This document shows positions 38,855-48,040 of a DNA stretch of 64,000 nt, in pieces. Below the pieces are notes generated by a model that made no database searches, had not been told where the DNA came from, and saw nothing but the letters and a program-made list of their open reading frames with translations. Source of the DNA: Candidatus Bathyarchaeia archaeon. Lineage in GTDB: Archaea > Thermoproteota > Bathyarchaeia > Bathyarchaeales > Bathycorpusculaceae. Position 1 is the stretch's first letter. Each line of letters starts with the position of its first letter. The position numbers were made by a program, and so were the translations under genes. The stretch covers positions 160,001 to 224,000 of the forward strand of contig JBEKSS010000002.1 of the NCBI GenBank assembly GCA_049516875.1, given 5' to 3'.

Positions 38855-38878
38855 GCGAAGAAAAACTAGAAATGGCAG

Positions 38879-39571
38879 ATGACAACTGTGACAACAATAG
38901 TTGAAGCGGTCAACCTAAAGAAAACGTATCTGCTTGGAAGAGTCACAGTCAACGCGTTGCGTGGCGTAGACTTGAGGGTTGAGAGCGGCGATTTTCTCGC
39001 CGTTCTTGGCCCATCTGGAAGTGGCAAGTCAACGTTGCTGAATCTCATCGGAGCATTGGACAAACCAACAGATGGAAAGATGCTGATAGAAGGCGTTGAC
39101 GTTTCAACGCTGAATGATGATCAACTGGCAGATCTAAGACGCAGAATAGGATTTGTCTTTCAGTTCTTCAACCTCATCCCACGGTTTACGGCAAGGGAAA
39201 ACGTTGAATTGTCAATGGCTATAGCAGGCTTGACCAGCTCAGAAAGAAGAAAGCGCGCCGAGGATATTCTGGGGACAGTGGGTCTTCAAGAAAGGATAGA
39301 TCACAAGCCCGCGGAGTTGAGCGGCGGCGAGCAGCAGCGCGTGGCCATTGCCAGGGCCTTGGCCAACAACCCAAAGTTTTTGCTGATGGATGAACCCACG
39401 GGAAACATAGACTCCAAAGCAGCGAACGAGATAATCAGTCTCATCAGAACACTCAACGAAGAGAAGGGCGTGACGGTGATAATGGTGACGCACGACCAGC
39501 GGTTGGCAGGCCAATCAAAGAGGATTGTGCAGATGTTCGACGGCTCGATAGTCCAAGAGGTCGTGAACTGA
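38879..39571 (+). CDS. ABC transporter ATP-binding protein (LolD/MacB-like)
   Basis: GPSGSGKST, LSGGEQQR, MDEPTGN. Confidence 0.93.
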   Translation: MTTVTTIVEAVNLKKTYLLGRVTVNALRGVDLRVESGDFLAVLGPSGSGKSTLLNLIGALDKPTDGKMLIEGVDVSTLNDDQLADLRRRIGFVFQFFNLIPRFTARENVELSMAIAGLTSSERRKRAEDILGTVGLQERIDHKPAELSGGEQQRVAIARALANNPKFLLMDEPTGNIDSKAANEIISLIRTLNEEKGVTVIMVTHDQRLAGQSKRIVQMFDGSIVQEVVN

Positions 39572-39572
39572 C

Positions 39573-40877
39573 TTGAACCCCCGCGATGTGCTGTCCTACT
39601 CTTTCAGTGCGATAAGGCTAAGAAAACTTCGTGCGGGCTTGACAACGCTGGGCGTCGTGATAGGCATTGCCGCCATCGTCGCGTTGCTTTCAATCACTCA
39701 GGGTTTGCAGGCCACTATCACCCATCAGCTTCAAACAGGATTTGCAACTAACACGCTAATCGTTTCCACGGGCGGAGGATTAGGAGGAGGCTTAGGTGCA
39801 GGCGCTTTGGGCGGAGCAGGAACTGCCAATTCCGGCTTTCAACTGTACATCAACTACACGCAGACTATCGATAATATAACGAACGTCGAGACCTCGATGC
39901 CCATAATAGAAAGGGTAGGCGCAGTCGATTTCAACGGTCAAAGTCGAAACGTTACGATTGTGGGCGTGGATTTCGCTGAATACGCGAGCATTTACAGCAG
40001 CACCTTCGTGGCCGACAGCGGAACGATACCGTTGAACCCGCAAAGTGATGCGCTAGTAGTCGGGAAACTGGTCAGTGACCCCTGGAGCAATGGGACTTTG
40101 TTCTGCAGTGCGGGCGACGCAGTCACCGTCAGATGGACTAACGCAACCGCGCTTCCGCCCAGAAATGAGACCTACACTGGCCATGTTGCCGCTGTTCTTA
40201 AAGAAATCGGAGGCTTCGGCGCTGTTGGACCGTCGGATTATGATGTTTACGTCCCGATATCCAAGGCTGAAAGCTTCTTTGGAACCGACGTGTGCAATAC
40301 GATAATCGTAAAACTCGCAAACGATGATAAAACCACGGTTGACAACGCTACCGCAGCGTTGAAGGACGCTTTCAGTAACCAGGTTTCAGTCACATCAGCG
40401 ACAGCGGTGCTCAACCTTCTGTCAAACGTTTTCTCGGTCGTACAGCTTTTCCTGACCGGAATTGCTGCCATCTCGTTGCTGGTTGCCGGCATAGGCATAA
40501 TGAACATCATGATCGTCTCGTTGATGGAGCGCACAAGAGAAATAGGCATACTCAAAGCGTTGGGTATGAGAGGTCGAACCGTGCTCCTAGTCTTCCTGTG
40601 TGAGTCATTGATAATCGGCCTGATCGGCGCGGTAATCGGCATAGCCTCAGGCTGGATCCTCGCAAACGTGGTTGCAATAGTCTTCCGCGGAGGAAGCTTG
40701 TTAACAGGAAACCAAGGCGCAGCCGCGACTGGTAGAATGACGATAACTCCTCTCTTAACTCCAACTGTGATGATACTCGCCCTGGTCTTCGGCGTAGGGG
40801 TCAGCATGGTCTTCGCGCTCTACCCAGCTTGGCGAGCGTCTAAACTCAAACCAGTAGAAGCCCTAAGATATGAGTAG
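39573..40877 (+). CDS. MacB/FtsX-like ABC permease
   Basis: LTTLGVVIGIAA, ERTREIGILKALG, YPAWRASKLKPVEALRYE. Confidence 0.92.
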   Translation: MNPRDVLSYSFSAIRLRKLRAGLTTLGVVIGIAAIVALLSITQGLQATITHQLQTGFATNTLIVSTGGGLGGGLGAGALGGAGTANSGFQLYINYTQTIDNITNVETSMPIIERVGAVDFNGQSRNVTIVGVDFAEYASIYSSTFVADSGTIPLNPQSDALVVGKLVSDPWSNGTLFCSAGDAVTVRWTNATALPPRNETYTGHVAAVLKEIGGFGAVGPSDYDVYVPISKAESFFGTDVCNTIIVKLANDDKTTVDNATAALKDAFSNQVSVTSATAVLNLLSNVFSVVQLFLTGIAAISLLVAGIGIMNIMIVSLMERTREIGILKALGMRGRTVLLVFLCESLIIGLIGAVIGIASGWILANVVAIVFRGGSLLTGNQGAAATGRMTITPLLTPTVMILALVFGVGVSMVFALYPAWRASKLKPVEALRYE

Positions 40878-41373
40878 ACCAAACCTAAGGCTGAGGGGCT
40901 CCGCTATGAGGAGACTCTATCCAAAACAGCCACTTGCCGGCGTCGGAGCCATCCTAGTCTGCTCTGGCAAGATTCTACTCGAAAAAAGAAAGAATGAGCC
41001 TGGAAAAGGGAAATGGAGTGTCCCAGGAGGCTTGATAGAACTGGGCGAGAAGGCAGAGCAGACGGCGGCTAGAGAGGTCTTGGAGGAAACGGGCCTCGCA
41101 GTTGAGAAGCCCGAGCTCATGGACGTTGTCGACAACGTAGACCTAGACGCGAAAGGAAAAGTGAGGTACCACTTCGTCATAATCGACTACTTCATGAAAC
41201 TCAGAGGCGGAACACTGGAGGCTGCGAGTGACGCAGCAGAATTAAGATGGGTCAGACTGGACGAAGTGGAAAGCTACACGTTGACCGGGACTTTTCGAGA
41301 GTTTTTCCTGAGAAACTACGAAAAACTGAAGAAACTCGACTCGTGCAAGCGCCAAACAAGTGACAAGAACTAG
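40870..41373 (+). CDS. NUDIX hydrolase
   Basis: Nudix box GGLIELGEKAEQTAAREVLEETG. Confidence 0.92.
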   Translation: MSRPNLRLRGSAMRRLYPKQPLAGVGAILVCSGKILLEKRKNEPGKGKWSVPGGLIELGEKAEQTAAREVLEETGLAVEKPELMDVVDNVDLDAKGKVRYHFVIIDYFMKLRGGTLEAASDAAELRWVRLDEVESYTLTGTFREFFLRNYEKLKKLDSCKRQTSDKN

Positions 41374-41438
41374 ACGCGCGTCCTTCTGCTTATGTGCCTG
41401 CGCATTCAGAAATTAGAGAAAGGATTGAATTCATCCGT

Positions 41439-42905
41439 TTATTGATTCGTGATGGATGTGAAGAAGAGCCTCGTTTCACCCATCGTCTTCACATCTAAGG
41501 CTTTGATTTTGGCCACTATTGGAAAGTCTCTTACAACTTTGCCCAACACGAGACAATGATGCGGGGGGAGGTCGCGGGCGATCGATCTTACTGTTTCGGC
41601 GTCCACACGGGCGGCTCGTGAAACCACGTCTAGGTCGTGTTCGTTTGTGAAGTTGAAGAGGAAGATGTTGTCGGCTTGTCGGTAGATGTTTTCGCGTATG
41701 GTGTCGGGCTGGTTGGTTATGAATGTGGTGAAGATTCCGAAGTGACGCATGCGGGTTACGATGTCGTCCCAGTAGGTTTCGCGCAGGTAGAGGTGTGCTT
41801 CTTCGGCGAAGAGGAATATGGCCTTAAGCTTCGAGCTGCTCAAGGATTCAACGAGTTTGCCGAGAATGTACTCTACGACTATTTGTCTGTCGATGGATGA
41901 GGTGTTTCGAAGGTTCATTATTATGGCGCCGCCGTGCTCTCCAGTTTTAAGCAGGTACTCTTCCAGTGATGTGGCTTCGACGATGTTGTCTGTGAAAACT
42001 CCTGAGTTGACTAGGGAGTGGTAGCGCGAGAACAGGGCGTCGCGGACGTGTTGGTTGCAGTTCCAGTTGCGGATTGTTTCGCCAAGCTCGTGTAGTGTGA
42101 GGCTGTCTCTCTCTTTGAGTGCTTGCCATATTCGTCTGAACTCGCGGGCGGACGTTCCTGGCAAGTGGAGGGCGTGTATGAGAATTCCTAACATCACGTG
42201 CAGGTTCAACTGTTTGAGGGCTAGTTTGAAGTTTTGAGAAGGCGTCAAAACATGAATCTTGTCGTAGTTTGCGTTTCTTTTTCCGTCACTTGTAAGTCCC
42301 AGGCTCAGGTATTCCCCGTTGAGGTCGAAAACCACGACGGTGGCCTTGTACCCGACTAGGTTTACCATTAGAAGCTTGGACAGGTGAGACTTGCCTGTTT
42401 CCTTCTTTCCAGTTATTATGTTCAGTCTACCGTCAAGCGACGTGGCGTCTATCGTTAGTAGCGACGAGTCTTTTGTTCCGCCTATCACGATTGGGAGTTT
42501 GCCGTCGATTTTGGCGAGTTTCAGCAGAGTTGGAAGCGGAAGCTTTTTTATTGTCGACTGGGAACGTGAAGGAAGCCAGGAGCTGCTTGGGTTTAAGCCG
42601 TCATTTTCGGCTGTTGCACGGATTTTGCAGATGAGTAGACTTGCGTCCTGAATGTACGCGATGTGTGGAGCAATTTCCAAGGGGTCAACGTCTTCGCCCT
42701 TGATTAGTTCTCCCCCGTCTGGGAGGCTTCGAAGCAGCTCTTCAAGCACGCCGGGAATGCTGGCAAACTGCACATCAATAACTTGGACGATGAGAGCTCT
42801 TGCAGCATCGGCGTCTTCGACGAGCAGATAGTCGCCCTTCTCAGCTGTCTCACCGGGGAAGCTTAAGATCTGAAGGATGTTGCCCTCTTTTCTGTAGAGT
42901 TTCAT
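41439..42905 (-). CDS. HerA/FtsK-like (DUF87) ATPase
   Basis: N-terminal barrel-like region, Walker A GKKETGKS, VFDLNGEY, Walker B LFAEEAH, RMRHFG, ITNQP. Confidence 0.85.
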   Translation of the reverse strand: MKLYRKEGNILQILSFPGETAEKGDYLLVEDADAARALIVQVIDVQFASIPGVLEELLRSLPDGGELIKGEDVDPLEIAPHIAYIQDASLLICKIRATAENDGLNPSSSWLPSRSQSTIKKLPLPTLLKLAKIDGKLPIVIGGTKDSSLLTIDATSLDGRLNIITGKKETGKSHLSKLLMVNLVGYKATVVVFDLNGEYLSLGLTSDGKRNANYDKIHVLTPSQNFKLALKQLNLHVMLGILIHALHLPGTSAREFRRIWQALKERDSLTLHELGETIRNWNCNQHVRDALFSRYHSLVNSGVFTDNIVEATSLEEYLLKTGEHGGAIIMNLRNTSSIDRQIVVEYILGKLVESLSSSKLKAIFLFAEEAHLYLRETYWDDIVTRMRHFGIFTTFITNQPDTIRENIYRQADNIFLFNFTNEHDLDVVSRAARVDAETVRSIARDLPPHHCLVLGKVVRDFPIVAKIKALDVKTMGETRLFFTSITNQ

Positions 42906-43987
42906 GAGTAGCTCTCTCCCTTGCCGAACAGTCCGAACAGAAGCCTATGCATGTCTGGCCTGTTGATGATTTGAAGCCCGAATCGCCGCGTGACAAAATG
43001 CTGCATCGCCAGCACTTCGTTGGCTGTGAACGTGCACAGAATGTGAGCTAGGCGCAAGGTTTCAGGATAGCTTTCCGCGAACAGGTCGTTTCCCAAGAGT
43101 TTTTCAACGGCCTCAATCCTTGTTTCAGGTGGAACCTCCTTGTCAATGTCCAGTCTGAAGGCAAGGTTTCCCTTGGTTAGTCTGGCTACGTAGACGTCGC
43201 CGAGCAGAACCATGGGGGGTTTGAGCTTCAAGCCTTCTGTCTCAAGCAGGTAGGGAGGCTTATGCTCCGGCAGCAAGTCTGTTATGAGGTGTCCGTTAAC
43301 CCTTAGGTTTGTCATTTTTGAGAAAGCCAGAACGACGCTGTCTCGTTTTCTTGCTGTCTCAAGAATTTCTTTCATGCGATGCGTGGGGGTTTCAGCGGTT
43401 CCTGCGGTCAACGACCCGTCGAAGAGTATTAGTCCGTTGTTCATGGTTTTCGCCGCCATCGTTTGAAGCCAACGTTCGAGAATGCTTGCTATTCGTGTGG
43501 GCATCTGAAGAAGGCTTGGCGCACCTTGGTGGCTGTGCTCGTGCAGAGAACTGAAATACGTTCTTTCCAACGTTTCGTAGACTTGCTTTTTGTTTTCCTC
43601 GGTGACGTGAAATATGAATGGTCCGAACCGCATGTACCTGTAGCGTCTGTTTTGTTTCCAAACGTTTGCGCCTCTGACGGCTATCACGATGCCTGTGCTC
43701 GTTTCACCAATCTTTATAGTTGAGGTGTCTACTGCCACGACGATCTTTTCCTCGCGTAATGGTCTCAGAAGCAACGGTTCAAGTCTAAGCCTTAGTGCTT
43801 GTTCATGTACATCCATACTGCCAAATTGTTGAACGATTTGTTGATTTAGTTGAAAAGCCTGAACGGGCGCATTTTTGAGCGAGTGCAGGCTTAGTTCGAT
43901 GAATTGGCGGGGTAACGTTGTGTCCATGCCAGATTGTGGAAAGTTATATTTTGGTGTTGTTGCAATAGGGTATTGTTCAATCACCAA
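42902..43987 (-). CDS. NurA-like nuclease
   Basis: VAVDTS, ILFDGSL, FSK, YPETLRLAH motifs; 4-bp overlap with the HerA-like gene. Confidence 0.75.
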   Translation of the reverse strand: MVIEQYPIATTPKYNFPQSGMDTTLPRQFIELSLHSLKNAPVQAFQLNQQIVQQFGSMDVHEQALRLRLEPLLLRPLREEKIVVAVDTSTIKIGETSTGIVIAVRGANVWKQNRRYRYMRFGPFIFHVTEENKKQVYETLERTYFSSLHEHSHQGAPSLLQMPTRIASILERWLQTMAAKTMNNGLILFDGSLTAGTAETPTHRMKEILETARKRDSVVLAFSKMTNLRVNGHLITDLLPEHKPPYLLETEGLKLKPPMVLLGDVYVARLTKGNLAFRLDIDKEVPPETRIEAVEKLLGNDLFAESYPETLRLAHILCTFTANEVLAMQHFVTRRFGLQIINRPDMHRLLFGLFGKGESYS

Positions 43988-44077
43988 GATTCACCAATAG
44001 CCAATTGTTTGAGGAAGGTATATTTAAGTGTTGTGCATGAACAAGATGCACAATACAATAAACAACAAGGTGACAAA

Positions 44078-44479
44078 TTGGCAGAGAAGGAAACAAAGCC
44101 GCCGATACGAGTAAAAATGAAGATAGGAGCAGTCGAATTCGAGATCGAATGTCAAGAAGACCAACTGCAGTCGACAGTCGACAAAATCTTGTCCACAGTA
44201 ACAGAAAAACTAAAAGAAACACCCCTGATGATGGAAAGAACTGCACAACCACGGAGAACAGAAACCTGCAAGGGCATAATACAGAAGCTGTGGGAAGAAG
44301 GCTGGTTCTCCACCGCAAAAGGCCTAAGCGAAGTTCACAGCGAACTGGCAAGACGCGGATTCCACTATGACCGGACCGCCGTCGCCCATGCTCTTATAGA
44401 CCTAGTGAAAGATGGAATACTGACAAGGGAAGGAAAACCACGCAGGTATCAATACGCCCAGAAAAGGCCGCCTCCATAA
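44078..44479 (+). CDS. Small winged-helix protein A (N-terminal beta-hairpin plus wHTH)
   Basis: AAGGTGA SD, TTG start; LWEEGWF...LSEVHSEL...ALIDLVKDGILTREG..RYQY. Confidence 0.75.
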   Translation: MAEKETKPPIRVKMKIGAVEFEIECQEDQLQSTVDKILSTVTEKLKETPLMMERTAQPRRTETCKGIIQKLWEEGWFSTAKGLSEVHSELARRGFHYDRTAVAHALIDLVKDGILTREGKPRRYQYAQKRPPP

Positions 44480-44548
44480 CTTGCTCCATCCGTGAAGTTT
44501 TTCAGAGGCGTGGTCCATAATCTTCATTGTTAAGAACAGATTCCACAA

Positions 44549-45391
44549 GTGGTAATCATGGACGCAGGCGAACGCGCCATAAGGGCAGTGACCTTTGATC
44601 TTTGGGAAACCTTGCTTTTCGAAAGCGACGGTGCCAGCGCACGAAGAGCAGATGCCCGATGCAGGAACCTTGCACAAGCACTGAACAGTCTTGGCGTTCA
44701 AGTATCCCTTGAAGAAATGTCTGCCGCCGTCAGCGAAACGGTCTCATCGTTGATAACCATCTGGGGCAACAACAGAGATGTTGCCTACATCGACCAGATT
44801 CGACTCATCATCAAAAAAGCGACAAGACACTCACTGGAACTAAAGCAGGAATGGACAAACGAACTAATTCCAGCCTACACCTCAAACGTCCTAGAGGTCC
44901 CACCTTACCTGAACCCAGAAGCTCGAAAAGCCCTGAAAGGCTTAAAGAAGCGCAACAAGCTCATCGGGCTAATATGCAACACTGGATTGACTCCTGGAAT
45001 TGGGTTGCGCAAGTTTTTGGCTAATGAAAGTGTGAGTAGATATTTCGACTTGATGATCTTTTCGGAGGAAATAGGCATCCGCAAACCCGACCCTAGGATA
45101 TTCCACCTGGCTGCACAGAGATTAGGCGTGCAACCATGCGAAATCGTTCATGTAGGCGACAACCTGAAAGCCGATGTTTTGGGGGCCAAAAACGCAGGGC
45201 TGAAAGCTATACACTTCTCAAGCTTGGAAGGACGAGACAAAATAGCCGAATCTGACCCTAACTCGCTTGTTTCACACTCGCGAAAACTCGACAAACTGGA
45301 AGGCTGCAAAATAGTTCCAGACGTGGAAATATCCTCTCTTTCCATGCTCATGAAGGCAATAGAAGGACTGGAGAGGGCTTCGCCGGGGTAA
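44549..45391 (+). CDS. HAD family hydrolase
   Basis: FDLWETL, CNTG, RKPDPRIF, HVGDNLKADVLGA. Confidence 0.9.
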   Translation: MVIMDAGERAIRAVTFDLWETLLFESDGASARRADARCRNLAQALNSLGVQVSLEEMSAAVSETVSSLITIWGNNRDVAYIDQIRLIIKKATRHSLELKQEWTNELIPAYTSNVLEVPPYLNPEARKALKGLKKRNKLIGLICNTGLTPGIGLRKFLANESVSRYFDLMIFSEEIGIRKPDPRIFHLAAQRLGVQPCEIVHVGDNLKADVLGAKNAGLKAIHFSSLEGRDKIAESDPNSLVSHSRKLDKLEGCKIVPDVEISSLSMLMKAIEGLERASPG

Positions 45392-45429
45392 ACAGTTCAA
45401 GAACGCTTGAAATGCGTCAAAAATGAAAC

Positions 45430-46026
45430 CTAATTGCCCATTTTCGCTCTGATCTTTGGAATAAGGTCCTTCTGCATCTGCATGAGACCGAAGGTTGTAA
45501 TCCTGTATTTTTCGTCAACGGTTTTCGCTGCTATCTCGTTCTTGACAAGTTCCCCCAGCCGGGTGCTCGCAATCTTCGCGTCTTTGCCAAGCCTGCCCTG
45601 CAGCTCCTCCTTCGAAACCGCTTCCGTTTCAACATTGCCCAACTGATGACCAACATAACCCGCCAAGAGCAGCAGGCTTAGTGTCTCGTTATCCGTCAGC
45701 TTACTCCTCGGAACAAGCAAGCATGGCCCTTCCTTCGCAAAAGCGATAATGCCTTCACAGTCCTTGGCCAGCTTTTGTAAGTCAACATTCAACATCAACC
45801 TTTGTGCCACTTCAAAAGACGGCAAGAACTCACTGAAAAACCCGTTCAAGCTCAACCAAACCGACTCCACGCTTCCAGAAAACGTCTTCTCAACACCCTT
45901 ATACCTAACCTGCACAGTCAACCCCTCCTCATCTCCACCCCTCCGACTCTCAGAAGTCCCACCTGCAGACGCAGCACACTCTCCATCCAACACCCATTCC
46001 ACCCTGCCAACTCTGTTTAACGACAA
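45430..46026 (-). CDS. Small winged-helix protein D (start uncertain)
   Basis: EGIIAFAKEGP..LTDNETLSLLL...TRLGELVKN...YRITTFG; paralog of 46239-46712. Confidence 0.72.
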   Translation of the reverse strand: MSLNRVGRVEWVLDGECAASAGGTSESRRGGDEEGLTVQVRYKGVEKTFSGSVESVWLSLNGFFSEFLPSFEVAQRLMLNVDLQKLAKDCEGIIAFAKEGPCLLVPRSKLTDNETLSLLLLAGYVGHQLGNVETEAVSKEELQGRLGKDAKIASTRLGELVKNEIAAKTVDEKYRITTFGLMQMQKDLIPKIRAKMGN

Positions 46027-46139
46027 TGCTTAAAAAACATTACCAAACGTCCCGGACAAGACGATTCAAATCAAACCCACATGAAACACAAGCAAAACCA
46101 GACTACCGCCCCGGCAACCGCACGCTCCAAGGCCCGCAA

Positions 46140-46209
46140 AAGGGCTCAAGCCCATCAAAATTGAGTCTCAAAAAAATCACGGATTGAGTACTCAAACACA
46201 AGGGCTCAA
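46140..46209. repeat. Cluster of CTCAA-containing palindromes and direct repeats
   Basis: AAGGGCTCAA at 46140 and 46200; TTGAGTCTCAA 46161-46171; TTGAGTACTCAA 46184-46195. Confidence 0.65.
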
Positions 46210-46238
46210 ACGCCAACATGCACGCTTGCTAAAGCTTT

Positions 46239-46712
46239 TCACTGACCCATTTTTCCTCTACACTTGGCTAGAACGTTGCCTTCAACCCATCTTTCGCCCT
46301 GCATGGTGAGCCTGAACTCCGGCCTGTTGGGATCCGGCTTGAACACTTGACCCCTCTTGGTCATCTCGTTCAGTCTTGCGGGAACCATACACTTTATCCC
46401 GCTTGACTCCAGAAGCTTCGTAATCTGCGCCGCCGTACTCTTCCTCTCCTCTGAAGCGTACAACGTCAACCCTATCGCTTCATAATGAGTCAGGTTCTCA
46501 CGCGCAATGATAACAGGGCCTTCGGTCGTGGACTCAACGATGCCTTTGAGCTGAACCCCCGAAGGCATCAGACGGTCCGAAACGAAACCTCCAACCTTCT
46601 CCACAAAACCCTCCGGGAAAGCCTCGAGAATCTTCAAGACTTCCTGAGGGTTCTCAGCCTCAACCACGATTTCGCCAAAAGGCGTCTTAACACGCACTTC
46701 AACCCTACTCAT
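46239..46712 (-). CDS. Small winged-helix protein C
   Basis: VRVKTPFGEIVVE; KGIVESTTEGP..LTHYEAIGLTL...ARLNEMTKRG...FRLTMQG. Confidence 0.75.
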   Translation of the reverse strand: MSRVEVRVKTPFGEIVVEAENPQEVLKILEAFPEGFVEKVGGFVSDRLMPSGVQLKGIVESTTEGPVIIARENLTHYEAIGLTLYASEERKSTAAQITKLLESSGIKCMVPARLNEMTKRGQVFKPDPNRPEFRLTMQGERWVEGNVLAKCRGKMGQ

Positions 46713-47208
46713 TTGCGTCTCTCCTCAGGCCAAAAGCTTCTTTCTCGGCTAAAATGTAAACGTAGCCGGCATCGGTGTTCCACCGCCTAATCTTCTCTTG
46801 CTTAACCAGATCCAGTAGAACTGGGGCAAGCATCCGCGCCGGATACTCCAACCCGTTAGCCTTCAACGCACCCCTCAACTCCTCGAGAGTGCGTGGACGC
46901 CACTTCCCCCAATCAGTCTCAAGAAGCCTCAAAACCGCCTCATCACAAGTTTGACAAGGCGAAATCCTGGGATATTTCTCGGAAGCAGCCCTCTCATCCC
47001 TCGCCGATTCCGTCTTAACCGTAAGCGTCGCCACCCTCTTAGGCCTCACACCGTCAAAGGCCCTGTGAACATTACCAATCAAGCTGGACAAATCCTCAAT
47101 CGTCTTCAAAACCTCATCCCGAGTACCACCGACTTCAACCTCGTACTCGCCCAGCCTCACCCGAAAAACGAAACTCCTGTCCACTCCTCCCCCCTTTTTC
47201 GCTCCCAA
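46705..47208 (-). CDS. Small winged-helix protein B
   Basis: FRVRLGEYEVEV; TCDEAVLRLLETDW..RTLEELRGAL...VLLDLVKQEKIRR; paralog of 44078-44479. Confidence 0.75.
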   Translation of the reverse strand: MGAKKGGGVDRSFVFRVRLGEYEVEVGGTRDEVLKTIEDLSSLIGNVHRAFDGVRPKRVATLTVKTESARDERAASEKYPRISPCQTCDEAVLRLLETDWGKWRPRTLEELRGALKANGLEYPARMLAPVLLDLVKQEKIRRWNTDAGYVYILAEKEAFGLRRDANE

Positions 47209-47257
47209 ACTAATCCCACAGATAACAAAGAGCTAACCCCTTTTAGCATTTACGTGT

Positions 47258-47273
47258 TTCGATATATATCGAA
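47258..47273. promoter_or_regulatory. Perfect 16-bp palindrome in a divergent promoter region
   Basis: TTCGATATATATCGAA. Confidence 0.55.
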
Positions 47274-47342
47274 TTTGGGAATATCGTATTAAATGTCACG
47301 ATATCATATTTACTATTCACGCAAACTTCTGGAAAATAGGGG

Positions 47343-47975
47343 ATGTACTTGGCTAAGAAAGGGCTTTGCGTGTGGCTCTTCAGCTCCCTAACATTCATAT
47401 CACTGGTTCACTTGACAGAAGCAATATCAGTTCTCTTCTTCAACAGCCAGACGCATCTACTCCAACTCTACCCGTTCATCGGCGAGAAACTTCAGTCCAT
47501 ATCGCCAACAACATACTTCCTAGCCAGTGCGGCTTCAACCCTAGTCTTCTGGGGAATAACCTGTGCAGTAGCCTTTGACAGTCCGGTTGAACAGTTCTTG
47601 AACAGAATACTCTCAGACGCCAAAAAACAAAGCGCTGTGGAGGCACAGATGGTGGCTGACAAAACAGAAGTGCTTGATGCAATGTACGAAACAGTCGAGG
47701 CAAGCAACGAAACTCTATCACACGTTGTGGACATAGTGTGTAACGTAAGGACAGAAGTCAAAGGCATCCAACCGTTGACACTGACTGTGGAGAATATCAA
47801 AACAGAGCTAGGCAATTTGAAGAAAGAAGTCAAGAGAATCGAAGAAAAAGGAAAGCTCCCACTTCTATGCGCAACATGTGGGAAACCACTGTCGCCAGAT
47901 TTCAAGCTCTGCCCATTCTGCGGCGAAAGCATGAGGCTACCAAATGAAATCGTAGCAGCAAGAGCATACAGGTAA
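47343..47975 (+). CDS. Two-TM, coiled-coil, C-terminal zinc-ribbon protein
   Basis: Two TMs, heptad region, CATCG...CPFCG. Confidence 0.78.
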   Translation: MYLAKKGLCVWLFSSLTFISLVHLTEAISVLFFNSQTHLLQLYPFIGEKLQSISPTTYFLASAASTLVFWGITCAVAFDSPVEQFLNRILSDAKKQSAVEAQMVADKTEVLDAMYETVEASNETLSHVVDIVCNVRTEVKGIQPLTLTVENIKTELGNLKKEVKRIEEKGKLPLLCATCGKPLSPDFKLCPFCGESMRLPNEIVAARAYR

Positions 47976-48040
47976 GCCGGTCACTCTCGGCTTCAATCAG
48001 CTCTCCCTTGACGTCAACGTTCTGGAGCGTACCTCTATTC

